Below are positions 14,601 to 57,300 of a stretch of 64,000 bases of DNA, one piece after another. Each line of letters opens with the position of its first letter. The first letter of the stretch is position 1. Source of the stretch: Tubiluchus corallicola (lineage: Eukaryota; Animalia; Priapulida); assembly GCA_030141605.1 (NCBI GenBank), contig JAQGDQ010000025.1, positions 102,185 to 166,184 of the forward strand, in the 5' to 3' direction. Both the position numbers and the translations under genes were made by a program. The notes beneath the pieces are model-generated. The model was not told where the DNA came from, searched no databases, and was given only the letters and a program-made list of their open reading frames with translations.

Positions 14601-17073
14601 TGCCTGTTGAATTCTAGTCCATAGCATGCCTTTATCACTATAGCGTCCCCTCTGCCTTTCAGGAAGGCGGCAGTGTTTTTGATGGGATTGCGATCTGTCG
14701 AGTTTCTAATTCATTCAGTTCGACCGTAAAAGTGTTTTCGAATCGCTCTTCCTATCATGCTTTTAAGACTGCAGCCATTAGACTTCCGACAGTAAACTCT
14801 GAGGGCATAATAGATTCACAATTGTTTTACTAATACAGTACTTTGATCTAACAAATTGTTCTACGCTATTACTCGTCGTTTTTGTGCTCTCTCCCCAGCA
14901 AAAGGTTATGTACCATCATATATAATCTCTCTTTGTGGACGACCATAAACTTATATATAGACACTGGTTTGCATTTCGTCTTTACTTTGATATCGAGCTT
15001 GATTTTTATTTGAGCATTATCCCGGAAGATGAAAACAAACATCAAGAAAGCAGGATCATTACACAAGTCATTGTGAGCAAGAGCAAACGATGTTCTGCAC
15101 AAACTAAAGTCTAGCGTCAAATTGATTTTCGGGCCAAAATAAATGTGAAAGTTAAGTCAGTGTCCTAACTGTTGACTCGTCAAAAGATCCTCCCTCTCCC
15201 CAATTCGTTTTTTCTCCACAGAGGCATATTCAGACTAGCGAGTTTTCTCACCAAGTAAACTCGTCAAGTAAGTCGCAGACTAGAGAGAAAAACTCGCTGC
15301 GAATTACTTTCGGATAGTAAACACGAGCTGACACTCACTTTCCTCTTCAATGCAATAAGTGTCGAGAAAAATTCGCGGAGGTGTTCACACTAGAGTAGAC
15401 AGTAACTCGTAGCAACTGTCCGTGAGTTTGCAATAACTTGTTGGCAGTAACTCGCAAAGCAGTTCGCTGTTGGAGAGAAAACTCGCTAAACTGAAGGCGA
15501 AATATCGCTCAATGAAGTTGTTATTACACCTGCGCTGGAAAGAGTATTTTTGTGAAATTTCAGAATTTCGCTGGATGATGATACTGTTTACATTGCTAGC
15601 AAAAGCAATGGTAACAATCGCTTTCACTGTTCTCTACGTCCATGGAGCAGAACTTTTTCCCACAATGATTAGATCCACTGCAATTAGCATAACAGCTGTT
15701 ATTGCTTCTCTTGTAGCTACGTCTGCACCTAAAATTGTGTATTTGGTAAGAATTTTTTAATCAAAATAATGAAAAATGTTGTTGCGCCAGCTATATCGTT
15801 GCACTAACATTGCAAGTGGTGACTGTGAGCGAATTTTTCGTGAACATCTTTTGACATTTCAAATACAGAATGCGTCGTGTTTTTATCTGGAATAAGTGAA
15901 AATTGACACTTAGCAACACAAAATGATGAGACACACGTTGCCACACAAGTATGAGATCACAGTGCTCACAAAACCTATGATACATAATTTCCATAACTTA
16001 TTCTAACAAAGTTAACGTGGATGTATATCTATATTTTAATATTTACATGCTGAAATTTCGGGACAGTTAAAGGCTTATAGTGGTCAAATTGATGTTCAAT
16101 TTAGTCAGCAGTTAATTGTAAAATATTAGAAAATCAAAGCCACACACGTTTTGCTGAATATTTAATTAACACTGAAGTGACTAAGCAATTTCAATATGTT
16201 AATTATTTAATAAATATTTAGGCTACTGTATAGTTACCAAACATGCATTACTTTCAAAGAATAAAGTGAACACCATTCATGTTGTGGAAAAACTGTTGAT
16301 TCATTGTTCATTGATTTTTTGTGAAACGGTGAAGAGCCAGAGGACTGAAACTCCCTAAAATGCCTAATTCAAAGCCATCTATTTTCTTTGAGTGATACAT
16401 TGATCTTTCTAGGTCTATGTGCACGCATCACTTCCAATGTTAATAATGGGATTTTTATCTCTTGCTTGCGCTATTGGAGTATTCTTTTTACCGGAAACAA
16501 ACAATGAGAAACTTCCGGAAACGATCGACGAGGCAGACGACTTCGGTCGTAATCAACTCACCTGTATGAACTTTGATTATTTAAGGTAATAAATAAACGA
16601 TTACTAAATAAACAAAACAATCAAAACTGTATTTAAATAAATTTACAACATTAAATAAATATAATACTATCGATTACTAAAAATAATACTATACTAATAA
16701 TATTATAAAAGTAATATTATAAATTTAAACGCACAGAGTCAACGAATTATTGGTGAGCTTTCGACTAAAATATCTTCGTTGGGGCGAAAGAGAAACCAGC
16801 TCACTCTGCTCCGCTACGACGAACACATTTTAATCGAAAGCTCAGCAGTAAAACATCAAAAAAATTCTGATTTAATTTTTTAAGTTTTTATTTAAGTAAA
16901 TTTACAGGTGGTGCGCTGCGTTTGGCATTGTAGTCCTTTGTTATGTATAGCCTTGCATGCATAATCTTTTATTCTTTCATTTTTTGCTGTACCGAGTCTT
17001 ATTGTTTTAGACTGTTAACCTACTTTATTTTGTCAGGTGCGGTAGAAAAAGTTCTTACATGAAGCCTATCTAG
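8624..17073 (+). CDS. SLC22 family (organic cation/anion transporter-like, MFS) gene, 10 exons
   Basis: Phase-consistent exons: 8624-9013, 9998-10101, 10676-10827, 11288-11456, 12329-12455, 12863-12978, 13814-14031, 15564-15745, 16413-16585, 17037-17073 (TAG). Motifs: MLDFDDILPYIGGFGRFQ, STIATEWDLVCD, GRR, LPESPRW, FGRRK, AELFPTMIRS, LPET..EKLPETIDE. Confidence 0.92.
9668..9949. mobile_element. MITE with perfect 16-bp TIRs (PIF/Harbinger-like)
   Basis: CCTGTTTAGACTGTCG (9668-9683) and its reverse complement CGACAGTCTAAACAGG (9934-9949), with TAA close to both ends. The superfamily is inferred. Confidence 0.65.
10305..10640. repeat. Degenerate (CAT/CGT)n trinucleotide microsatellite
   Basis: Runs of CATCATCAT and CGTCGTCGT in SLC22 intron 2. 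Confidence 0.85.
11640..12230 (+). mobile_element. Tc1/mariner transposase relic
   Basis: 11812-11880 translates EWVGNSTDLNLAKHTGVIMKDKV, a decayed WPxNSPDLNPIE motif of Tc1 DDE transposases. Related decayed copies lie on the minus strand at ~14410-14800 and probably ~18040-18330. Confidence 0.6.
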
Positions 17074-19960
17074 ACAAAGATCAAGAAAGGAAAAAACGGA
17101 CTCATTGATATCATCCTTGTAGAGAGTTGAAACTTGTAGAGAGTGTCCAGCCTAGAACCCTAGATACGCTACTTCGAAGCGACTGCTGTTCTGCAGTTAC
17201 ATGTTTCATGACATGGAAATGTAGTTATAAATTGCTTGTGTGTCTTTATACTTCTGTGTGTCTCAAAAGACATGCAAATTCTTTCTGTAAAAACGTACAA
17301 TCGATATTTCTTTCCTGGTATTTCTTTTTTGTAGGTGATAATAAATGATGTTATTATATACAGCATATTATGTATGTTTTGTGTACGCACTACGCCTGTA
17401 ATTAACATATATCTTCAATACTTCGTGGGCTCAAGGCAGCAGTAAGCGTCGAACTATAATGACAACAGCCAACAGATAGCGCAGCACCATTTGCGTGTTT
17501 GTGCTTTTCACGAGTCTCTAATTTACTTTTGCTCGGAAGAAGTTGTGACAATTCACTGGCATAGCAGTGTCTAGTTTTTTGCTGGTTCACTGCTGTGTTT
17601 ACCTGTCTTGAGGACAGATTTAGTTTATTTTAGAATTCTGCCTGCCCACATGCAAACGTAATGAACATGTAATTATGATGACGATGACGGCGACGACGAT
17701 GATGATAAACTTATGTTTTCGTTTTACAGCTGAGAAAATTAAATCAAACAATATTAGCCGATCTTAAAAAATTGATACCGTACAATTGTGTCAGGCAAAA
17801 TTTAACACTAAAGGATAAAAATATTATTCTTTTGCCCCAAAGTGTACTTGAAAACAAATCACAACTGATACTTTTCTACCACAAAATTATATTGCCAATT
17901 TTTCTTTTTATTTTGTAATTATTGTCCGTGGCTTGTAATAAATCAGTGAATAAGCACTTTACAACTTTTATTATAGTATCGATACAATAGTACAGAGCTG
18001 AGTGTAACATTATCTTTTGCTAAGAGGAAGGGCACCCAAACCATGAATTGTAGTGCAGAACACTATTGCATGAAAGTATTGCTGAATCAATAGGCAAGCA
18101 ATATAATGCCCAACTGGGTGCGAACAAAAAATCATGAATCATGAATCTGAAGAATTATGAACATACTACGTATTGCTGGTTTCAGCAATATCATGAACTC
18201 AATATTCAGTGTAGAAAGTTTAATTGTGCGTCTCGCCCATCTTGCTGCGTCGTAGATTGACCTCGAAATTCACATTGGAGCTCTTCTGACAAAATAAGCG
18301 GTGGTTAAGATAATCAAAGAACATACCATTTACTGGCATTCAAAGGATTATGTAACCATATGTAATTAACCCAGATAAACTTTACGAATAATAATTAACA
18401 AATTTGTCAAATACTGGACGTTCATTAATACTATTGTATGCTGTATTTGGCAATCTCTTCTAATAGCTCAAAAAATTCAATTAAAAAACAGGGAACGAAT
18501 TACTTTGGGACAGACAGAGTTTTTGTTAATTTGAAAGGGTTTAGCTCATGTTGCTTCTCAAGCTTGGAAAGATTTGATCCGGTAGCATGTTTATTTGAGT
18601 TTTTTGGCTTGGAGAAAGTTATAAATCTAACTCTTTCTAATCTTTTCCAGGTATTATACGTCTGCATTACTATTACCCAAGCACTATGTTTCACCATTAT
18701 AACGTCCCTATTTTAATCAAATTTTAGTTGGAAAAATCTTGTATGACTATAAAACATAATACATGTAATACACGCTTGGCATTAACTCGGGCAGTATATT
18801 TCAATACATTGATTGGCGTTTGCCGATTTGCCTATTTACTGGCAAAGAACATGTTGATAATTTTGTCACGTTCTCAATATTCAGTGTAGAAGACTTGTGC
18901 ATCTTGTCTGCCAAAGCGAGAAACAGTCAGAACACTGTAAAAAATCTTCTCTCAAAAATTAGAACGTATGAATGCTATAATTATAAATTATTTTTAATAG
19001 ATAATCTATCATCAATTTGTAAAAATGTCTCGTTTGAATTATTACTAATTGTAACTTTTGTGATTTTGTTGTTTTGGGTAATTATAATTCCAGCTGTAAC
19101 TGCCTTATGTCAGTGTAAATAAAATTTGTATAGGTTAAATTGCACAAGTTCTAAATTGTAATTTTCTGCAATTGTACGTATTGTATCTTATTATCTGTCA
19201 AGGACTGTTTTATGTAATCAGTAACATAATTGCATCTTATTACATTAAGGAATATGTGGTTTTGCAGTGTAGTTACAATGTTTTTAACGTAGTTTTCAAA
19301 CGTAACACACTTTTGTAATGTGATTTTTAGCTTTTTTCTTGCAAGAGATGCATTTGCCTTCAACAGTGTATGTTAATTTTAGCTATCACAAAGGAAGTCT
19401 ATATATGCATTATAATAATTTCAATTTTTTATTCTACATGTATTTCTATTATTCTGTTTATTCTTTTCGAAATAATGCTATTTGTAATAAATGTATGTAT
19501 GTGTATAAATACTCAATTACGTTTTACAAGGACTGTGGCAGATACTTCATACATTCTGTAGGGGAATACCTCCCACGATTTTTAATATCGAGGTTATGCA
19601 TTCAATGTAGTCGGTAACAACGTCGACTTACCACTTTTGAATAATAATTAGCAATAATGACTCGAGTGTTGAGTTATGCTATCTAAAAAAAATGGCCAAT
19701 GTAAAATAAACTCTACATAATTTAAGTATGTTTTAGCTTGTCTATTTTATTATTCCAAGCAATTCAAAATGCAATTCAATTCAGACATTTTGTAACCATA
19801 GTAATAATGACTTAAATGTAATACTTCAATATATTTTTTCAATTGTGTACAAAATCTCCCTCAGTCATACTTTCCAATAACCTTCAATGGTCTAACTTAA
19901 ATGGTCGATCTTAAAAGAAAGACTACATGCCTTCAAAAAGAAATACACAAGTAAAACACT

Positions 19961-19966
19961 TTTATT
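19961..19966 (-). terminator. Candidate polyadenylation signal of PTCD3
   Basis: AATAAA on the minus strand ~215 nt past the PTCD3 stop codon. Confidence 0.5.
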
Positions 19967-20181
19967 CATTTGTTATGCACTAGGCCCTTGCATTAGAAAC
20001 TAAACTGCAAAATAGTTCTCAGGACAGTATTAGCACATAACTGAATATTTCTATAGCTATAAACAGATTTTTTAAGCATTGGACACCCTTTAATGTTGCA
20101 TGTTACAGCTGTACAAAATCCTGCAATGCAGACAGTTCACCATGCAGTTCACCAAGTTCAGGCGCAGGTTCAAATGTGAGT

Positions 20182-50191
<30,010 letters not shown>

Positions 50192-51306
50192 CTTGAAAAC
50201 AGATAATGTTGAAAAAGCTACTAAGTTTTCATTACAAGTTTTACGGCTTTACCGACTATGACTCTATTACTTGCTATTACATACTTAATTACTTACTATT
50301 ACTTACTTACTACGATTTACTACAACATTGAAATGAATTGAATTACTACGAGTCGAGTTATAGTTTCAATTAGTGGTCCTACGTCCGTGTTCACTGTTCA
50401 TGTCACTCAGTGTGTTATACTACACAGCAATTATATAATTTGAAAAATAATTTGTTTGCATTCTATTCACAGGAGCTTAACTACGCATTGTAGTTCTGAG
50501 TAAATACCTGCTTTTACTGTAAAATATAATATGAAATTTATAATATTTAGTAATATAAAATAGTAGCAGATGGCTCTATCAGACCGATTAATGTTTTCTC
50601 TCAGCTTAGACAGTTATATTGAACTGAGTATTGCGAGTTTAGCTTGTCGTCAAGCATTGTTATGACAATATACATGTAACATGCAACTGAAAAACTAGTA
50701 TAATAAAAGCTTAGACGGCAAATATAGACGGCTGGATGATGGAGATATTTTTTTTATTTTCAATTTTAATTTTATGTCTGTGTAACTGACAGCAGCAGCT
50801 TCGTGGTTGCTATGTAGTTACTTTGTAACTTTGTAGAGAAATACTAAAATACGAATGTGAAAAGCAAATGTACAAACGAATGAATATACAAATCAATGGC
50901 AACTAAACATTTTAGACAGATATAAATACAATAAATAAGTAAAGTAATTCATTTCATCTCATTCATCTGTCCATATGGACGCAGTAAAATGAGCTAAAGA
51001 ATAAGTAACTAAGCAAAGAAATAAATAAGGGAAGAAACAATGAAAGAATGAAGGCTAATCGCCATGATGATATCATAATAATCGATACTGAACAAGTGAA
51101 CAGCATTATGCTAAAAATTAATAATGACGATAACGTAAATAAACAAGAGTCGGAATAGCGTCTAACTTTTTCAACGTTAATGTTTTTATAAATACATGGT
51201 AAACAAAAACATGAAAACGGAACCCGGTTTATAAACTTAATGGAAAAGCTAAAAAAATAGAAAATGCAGCACTATTTTACCACGTTGTGACAGTGAAAAC
51301 AAAAAT
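50192..51306. promoter_or_regulatory. Probable shared (bidirectional) promoter region of PTCD3 and KCTD9
   Basis: The start codons are divergent and only ~1.1 kb apart (50191 minus, 51307 plus). An acceptor GACAG at 51293 suggests a KCTD9 5'-UTR exon further upstream, closer to PTCD3. Confidence 0.5.
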
Positions 51307-54300
51307 ATGAAGAGAGTTATGTTAATAAGAAATGGGTATAACCCGCAGAACTCTGATAAAAAGCCTCAACCAGTGGTATGCTAATTGCCGTTGTGATTTT
51401 GGAATATGCACTTGCACTGTAGTGTAGTGTATAATATCAAGGAAATTAGTATATTTACAGACTGAAATATGTGTACGTTACGACTTGCCAATTAGTCTGC
51501 CTAACACTAATATGAGATCCCACTTCTTCTCTTTTCGTTTTGTAGGCTCTTGGAATTCACTTAAATCTTATTTGCTAGTGAAATTTTTGAAGCATCAAAT
51601 CTGGTTCAATTTCGGAAATTGTTGGGCAGACACCGTCAAAAACTGGGTTATGTTTAGATCTCTTAAACTTTGTTAGCAAGTTTCGCCATCTGTGTGATTA
51701 CTCTCTCATTGCAACAGCTTGTAACTCATTCCAGCTATTAAGTGTTATACGTAAAAACTGCATTTACGAAAGACCTTGTAACCCTTATAGTATGATTATA
51801 ATTAAGTTTTAATTACCTTAAAAATAGATCTACGCAATTATCGAACTAATTTTCTAGTGTTAAAATTAAAATTATAATTGTACTGTGTTAATTCAAATTA
51901 CGGCAAAATAGCGTTAGAGCAAAATAAGGACAATAGGCAGTAAACTGATGTTCTAGTACCTTGAGTACTTATCCCCAGTGTACAATGATGTTATTTGTAA
52001 AACCTTGTTTAAGGCAATGTGCCTGGGATGGTTTTATGGACCTACCCTAAACCGGCAGGTGTAATATCCCAAATATCCCATGGACTAAAAATTGGTCCAG
52101 AAAAAACAAATTATAAGAAACATCTAGGAGAGTTAGTTGCACGAGGGGGGAAGATGTTATGGTGAAGGCCCAGAAGTTTAAGGGCAAGACGTATTAAATA
52201 TTTGAAAAGGTGGACTTCTATTTTATTAGCAGTTTCACTAGTGTATTTTCATTGGCAATACAGCTGCTATGCTTGATTAAAATTCACTACCTAATGTTTG
52301 ATACTGTTCTTTGAAAATAATCTGCAAAATATTTCACCCACCCATGCACTTTTACGTTGAATGTGATTAATTACTTAAGGTAGTATTTATGAATGTGAAA
52401 AAGTAATTAAGTGAAATTACTGGTGAAATTAATTTTTGTTCATTTTTGTATGTTTGCCTGTTTATCTTTGTGTTAAATTTCTGAATGGAAAAAAAATCAG
52501 ACAAACAAGTTCAGTTTTGTCAGAAACCTGCTTCCTACGCTTGCATTCTAGTTTTATTATAGAAATCAATTGCATCAAAATAACACGTGCCATTTTTTCG
52601 TACTTTTCCATCTATGCCAATTTTTTCTTGTGCCATTTTTACCTACTTTTCCGTTTGTGCCACTTTTACCTCGCACCCTGCCGATGCAAATTTGTTTTAT
52701 TAGCAGAAATGTTTGAGTATGTAGGGACAAATTTCACTGTGTGCGTGTCTGGAAAATATTAGGAATGCACCACCAGATCCAATTTTGCTAAACTGTGCTT
52801 ATCCTGGAGGTCGGCAGCTTTAAATTTTTAGCAAATACTAAGTGCTATTTTTGCATGCTCCTTGCTACAACGTGAAGATTTTTGGCATCCCTTGCACTAC
52901 AAGCATATGGTTTTAATTTAATTTTTACTAATCGCTTAATGCCAGATGGTAGCACCATGATTTATCAAATGAATGATGATATTAAAAACACCAAGCCACT
53001 TGATGGTCAGAAAATTGACAAAAATGTTGGAAAAACTGGGCAGGAGATTAATGAACTATTGTTTTTTAGGTGGTTAGAGTTCCAGAAACTTTAAATGAGT
53101 TGCTGAATCTGGCCAGCAGAAAATTGGGGTTTGATGGCAAACAGATTTTTACTGCAAAAGGAGGACTGATAGATGATGTTGCACTAATTAGAGATGACGA
53201 ACTTCTACTCGTTTCTGAAGGAGAGATGTTTATATCTACCGGTAAGTTCTTAACCACTCAAAGGCTCACTGCCACACTTTTGAGAATCAGTAGACGACAT
53301 ATCTCTGATTAAGAAACCATGGTTTATTTACGAGAGTAAATCGCCTCCAAAAGAGGTATCGAATGCCTCTGGCGATGGTTGTGACATCACAACCACATCC
53401 AATGAGAAGATGTGTACAGTTAACCAATGAGAATACCTTGTATGTGTTTAAGAATTGCTTAGAAATGTTTTCCAATGGAGAGTAGAAGGAGAGGGGTTAC
53501 ATGGGCTACCATTTCAAAACAGGTCTAATTATGTTTTGTCATTTAGGATTCAGTTCAAAATCTACACAAACAGAGGTGACACCATTAGAAAAAAGCAGTA
53601 CAGGTGACTGGGTGACACTGAATGTCGGAGGAACATGCTTTACAACAACAAAGTAAGAATTTATCATTCAAGAAGTACATAAAAGGTAATCAGTCATTTG
53701 AGTCTTTTGCAACTTATAATGGCAAAACAGATTTGTGGTTGTATTGGGACAGGCTCATGGAATGCTTCAAAATTAATGTGTATTTCAATGTATTGACTTT
53801 CCTAGTCTTTTTTGTATATAGTTTGCACTGCAAGCTGATATGGCACTCATCTCTCTTCCAAAATCTCTGATTTGTTAGAAACTGTTCAAAACACTCCTTG
53901 AAATAAATTTTTCCAAATGAAAGCTATGTCAATGCTCCAATTTTTGTCTAATCTTCAACCGTTATTTAACCGTCACAAAAATTCTTGCAAAACGTTGTTC
54001 TTATCAACTCAAAATCCCAATGATAAAATCCACACTCTATTGCCAGATGCCCCATACTCACAGATATAGTACTCACCACCATCTGAAACACCCCTTATCT
54101 AGATGCAGAACAGAAAGATTCAAGAACAGTTTCATCTCATATGACTTCCAAAATTAAATTTTCACTCCTATTAATTTATCTCGTTCATGTATCTTATAAC
54201 AGTGTAATGAAGCTTGTCACTATATGTTCTACCTTGCTTATTCTTTTTAAAAAAATTATATTTCGTAATCTTACACTGTGCTGTAATCTAACAATGTAAT

Positions 54301-57300
54301 TCAACCTTTTGGTTGTAGTGATGATAAATAAGCTTGCTTATTATTATCATCTTGCACTTGATGGGAGTGCCTATAATTTATTATGTTGATGGGTGAATAG
54401 GATAGTAATGTAGCGGATGATCAAACAATCTTTTAAGATGAGATTTTGTCCTTTCCCATTTTCTTCTCCTGTTCCTGTCTGTTCCACTGCTCTTCTTTTA
54501 GGCTATCCTAAACATGCAGGACAGTCTCTTTAGCTAAATTTACTTGTCCATTTTAGAAGCACCTTGACAACGGCACATCCGCATTCCATGCTAGCTCGCA
54601 TGTTTGCCGGGAATAAGGATGCATCCCTCTGGGAGAGCCACGTTGATGCCAAAGGGGCGTACCTCATAGACCGAAGCCCAAGGTACTTCGAGCCAATACT
54701 CAACTACCTTCGTCACGAACAACTTGTTTTGGATAATGACGTTAATCCTTTGGGTAAGCTTGAATCAATTTATAAAGATTAGGGATGAGCATCAAATGTT
54801 CTAGTAGCTTGCATTCGATTCAAACCAGTTTTTAGTTCTAATTCAATGCAAACGAATTATTTTAGTTTGAATTAAACTTATAATTATAGATTCAAATAAT
54901 TCAACATACTATCAGCACAATTTACCTGCAATTTCCATACATAATTTTTGAACAAATTATTAGTGGTTTGAAAATTTATTTGAAGATCTTTAAAAGAGAA
55001 TTCTGTGTGCATTTGAAAACTGCGAAATTTGGTTTGGTTGAAGTTTAAAAGTTGCAAATTCGGTTTAATTCAAATTTGCTTTCTAGTAGAGAATGCTCAC
55101 CCCTTGCAAATACTAAATGTATTGTATTCAAAAACAGACACTAAAGTTTGCATAAATGTTGTTTGCGAAATGGTTGGTATTGACAATAACGTGTGACAAA
55201 ACGGTGGTTGACAATAACGTGCACAAAAACTTCACAATTTATCATACATAAACCATCCGCCTTTTCTGTGCCCGTTGTACCCAATTCACTTGTGAGCTAC
55301 GATGCACCAGCTATTTATATTTAGTTTGAACACATGCATACTTTAATAAACTTGCAATCAAATATCGTAATGACACCCCTTCATAATGCCAACACAGCTC
55401 AATCACGGGCATAGGTTCTAAAGTATGGGGGAGCTAGCACATAAAAAATGGGCCGTGACACGTGCCAAACAATTTTTAACGCATTAATTATTCATTTAAA
55501 TTTTGCATCTAAAATCAAAACACGAGGACGACACAGTTTTAAAGGAAGTACATAATTGTTATTTTGTATTAAAAATTAAAACACAATAAAGTTTTACAGT
55601 AAGCTGTTAAATCTCAAAACATGATAAAAATATGTATTTAATTATTTTAATTTTAAACGTAAAATGAAAACAAAATGAAGCATTATAAAAAAATGTATCA
55701 TGATTTATGAAACAACAACCAGACTTCCCAACTCTCACGCATGCATTAGGCGTGTGTCACATGCATGAGTCTTTCACACGTGCACACGCGTGTAATTTCA
55801 GTTCTCACGCATTCCACAACACAGGCAAATTGCAAATCACATGGCTTGAATGGCTTCCTCTGCCACCAGTACCAAGCACAACACAATTGGTAGTGGAATG
55901 ACAAACGTAGCATTCATGAATCTAACAATATATAATACACTAAAGGGTGTTACACTTGTTGAAAATTAAACACTTTTGGGTGCCATTGAGTTTTTTCATG
56001 TGTACAAAAGAACATTTTTATATATAAAGTATGGTCTAATAACAGCATAAGAAAGCTCACTGGTACCCAAATTTTTTTTTGCCTCAATTTTTTGATACCA
56101 CAAAATTGCAAAAATTTCTGGGATATAATTAAACCCCCCTCCCCAACCCCTGCCAGGGAGCCAGGGACGAGACAAGCCCCAGGCTTTCAGTTTCACACTC
56201 ATTTTTACTTCAAATGGTAGCTCTGAACTACAGCAGTTCTTTCATCTAGGCTTCAATCTAGTAGTCTATAATCAACCTCAGTAGCCAACTCTCTTTCAAT
56301 GGAGAGCAAAGTTAACTCAGACAATCTATCCTCACCCATTGTAAAATGAAGGCAGGTCTTTATCTGTTTCAGCAGATTAAAGAATCGTTCAGCAACTACA
56401 CAAGTGAAATAAAAAATATTATTGAAAAAACTGTTAGGTTGCTCCCTTTGCCCCATTAGCTACGCCGCTGAGCTTAATGCCCAAATTTTTGGCAAAACAA
56501 ATTGTCTATAAACGTGTATTTTGTTAGAAATGTATGTACTAATGCACCTTAATGTATGTATTAATGCCAAACTTGCTTAATACCAACCTTTTTTACAGTC
56601 CCAAAGAGGGATGACTTTATTTTTTCGTTTGCCATTTTCTAGTCTTATATTGCTACATCAGTCTTTGTATACCCAAAGTTTTGGAAAATATGCTATACTA
56701 TAATAAATCATTCATGAAACTGACCCAGACTGCAGTCATCCTAGAGCCTGGTCCAGTTCTTGTAAGTAATCTCTGTCATCAACATTGTACAGTAAGTAGG
56801 CCTACTTAACCCTAAGCAGCTGAATGTCTAGGTCGAGAGAAAGTGAACATAACTTTAGAGCCTTTGCACTGACTTCATGATCTGTGTATTCCATCCATAG
56901 TTTATACAGTCAAAATTCTTTATACCACCTCCTTTGTAACTGCAGAAAGTTGATGTTAAGCTCATTTGGTATTATCTGTGACAGCTCAATGAAGCCAGTT
57001 CTATTACATTAATTTTAGGAGTGCTAGAAGAAGCCAGGTTTTTTGGCTTACAAGTTCTGGTGGCCAAACTTGAAGCTTTGGTTGATGTGAGTAGATTATT
57101 TTTGTATTATGCATGGTAATAATTTACAGCAAGTCTACTCTAAGTGCTGTGGACCCCGACGCCTCTTGTAATAATGATAAACGACAAGTTATATCATAGC
57201 TTGTATGAAATTTTGCTGATTTTTTTTATACCAAGTGTCTCACACCACAATGCTGTATGTTGGTCTTCGTTTTTTTTGAACGTGGGCAAAATTCTAATGG

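Noticed and set aside
17074-19900. Short ORFs between the SLC22 and PTCD3 3' ends
   Set aside because: They are AT-rich, motif-free ORFs, often with non-ATG starts, and form no coherent exon chain. The region looks like UTR and decayed repeat sequence.
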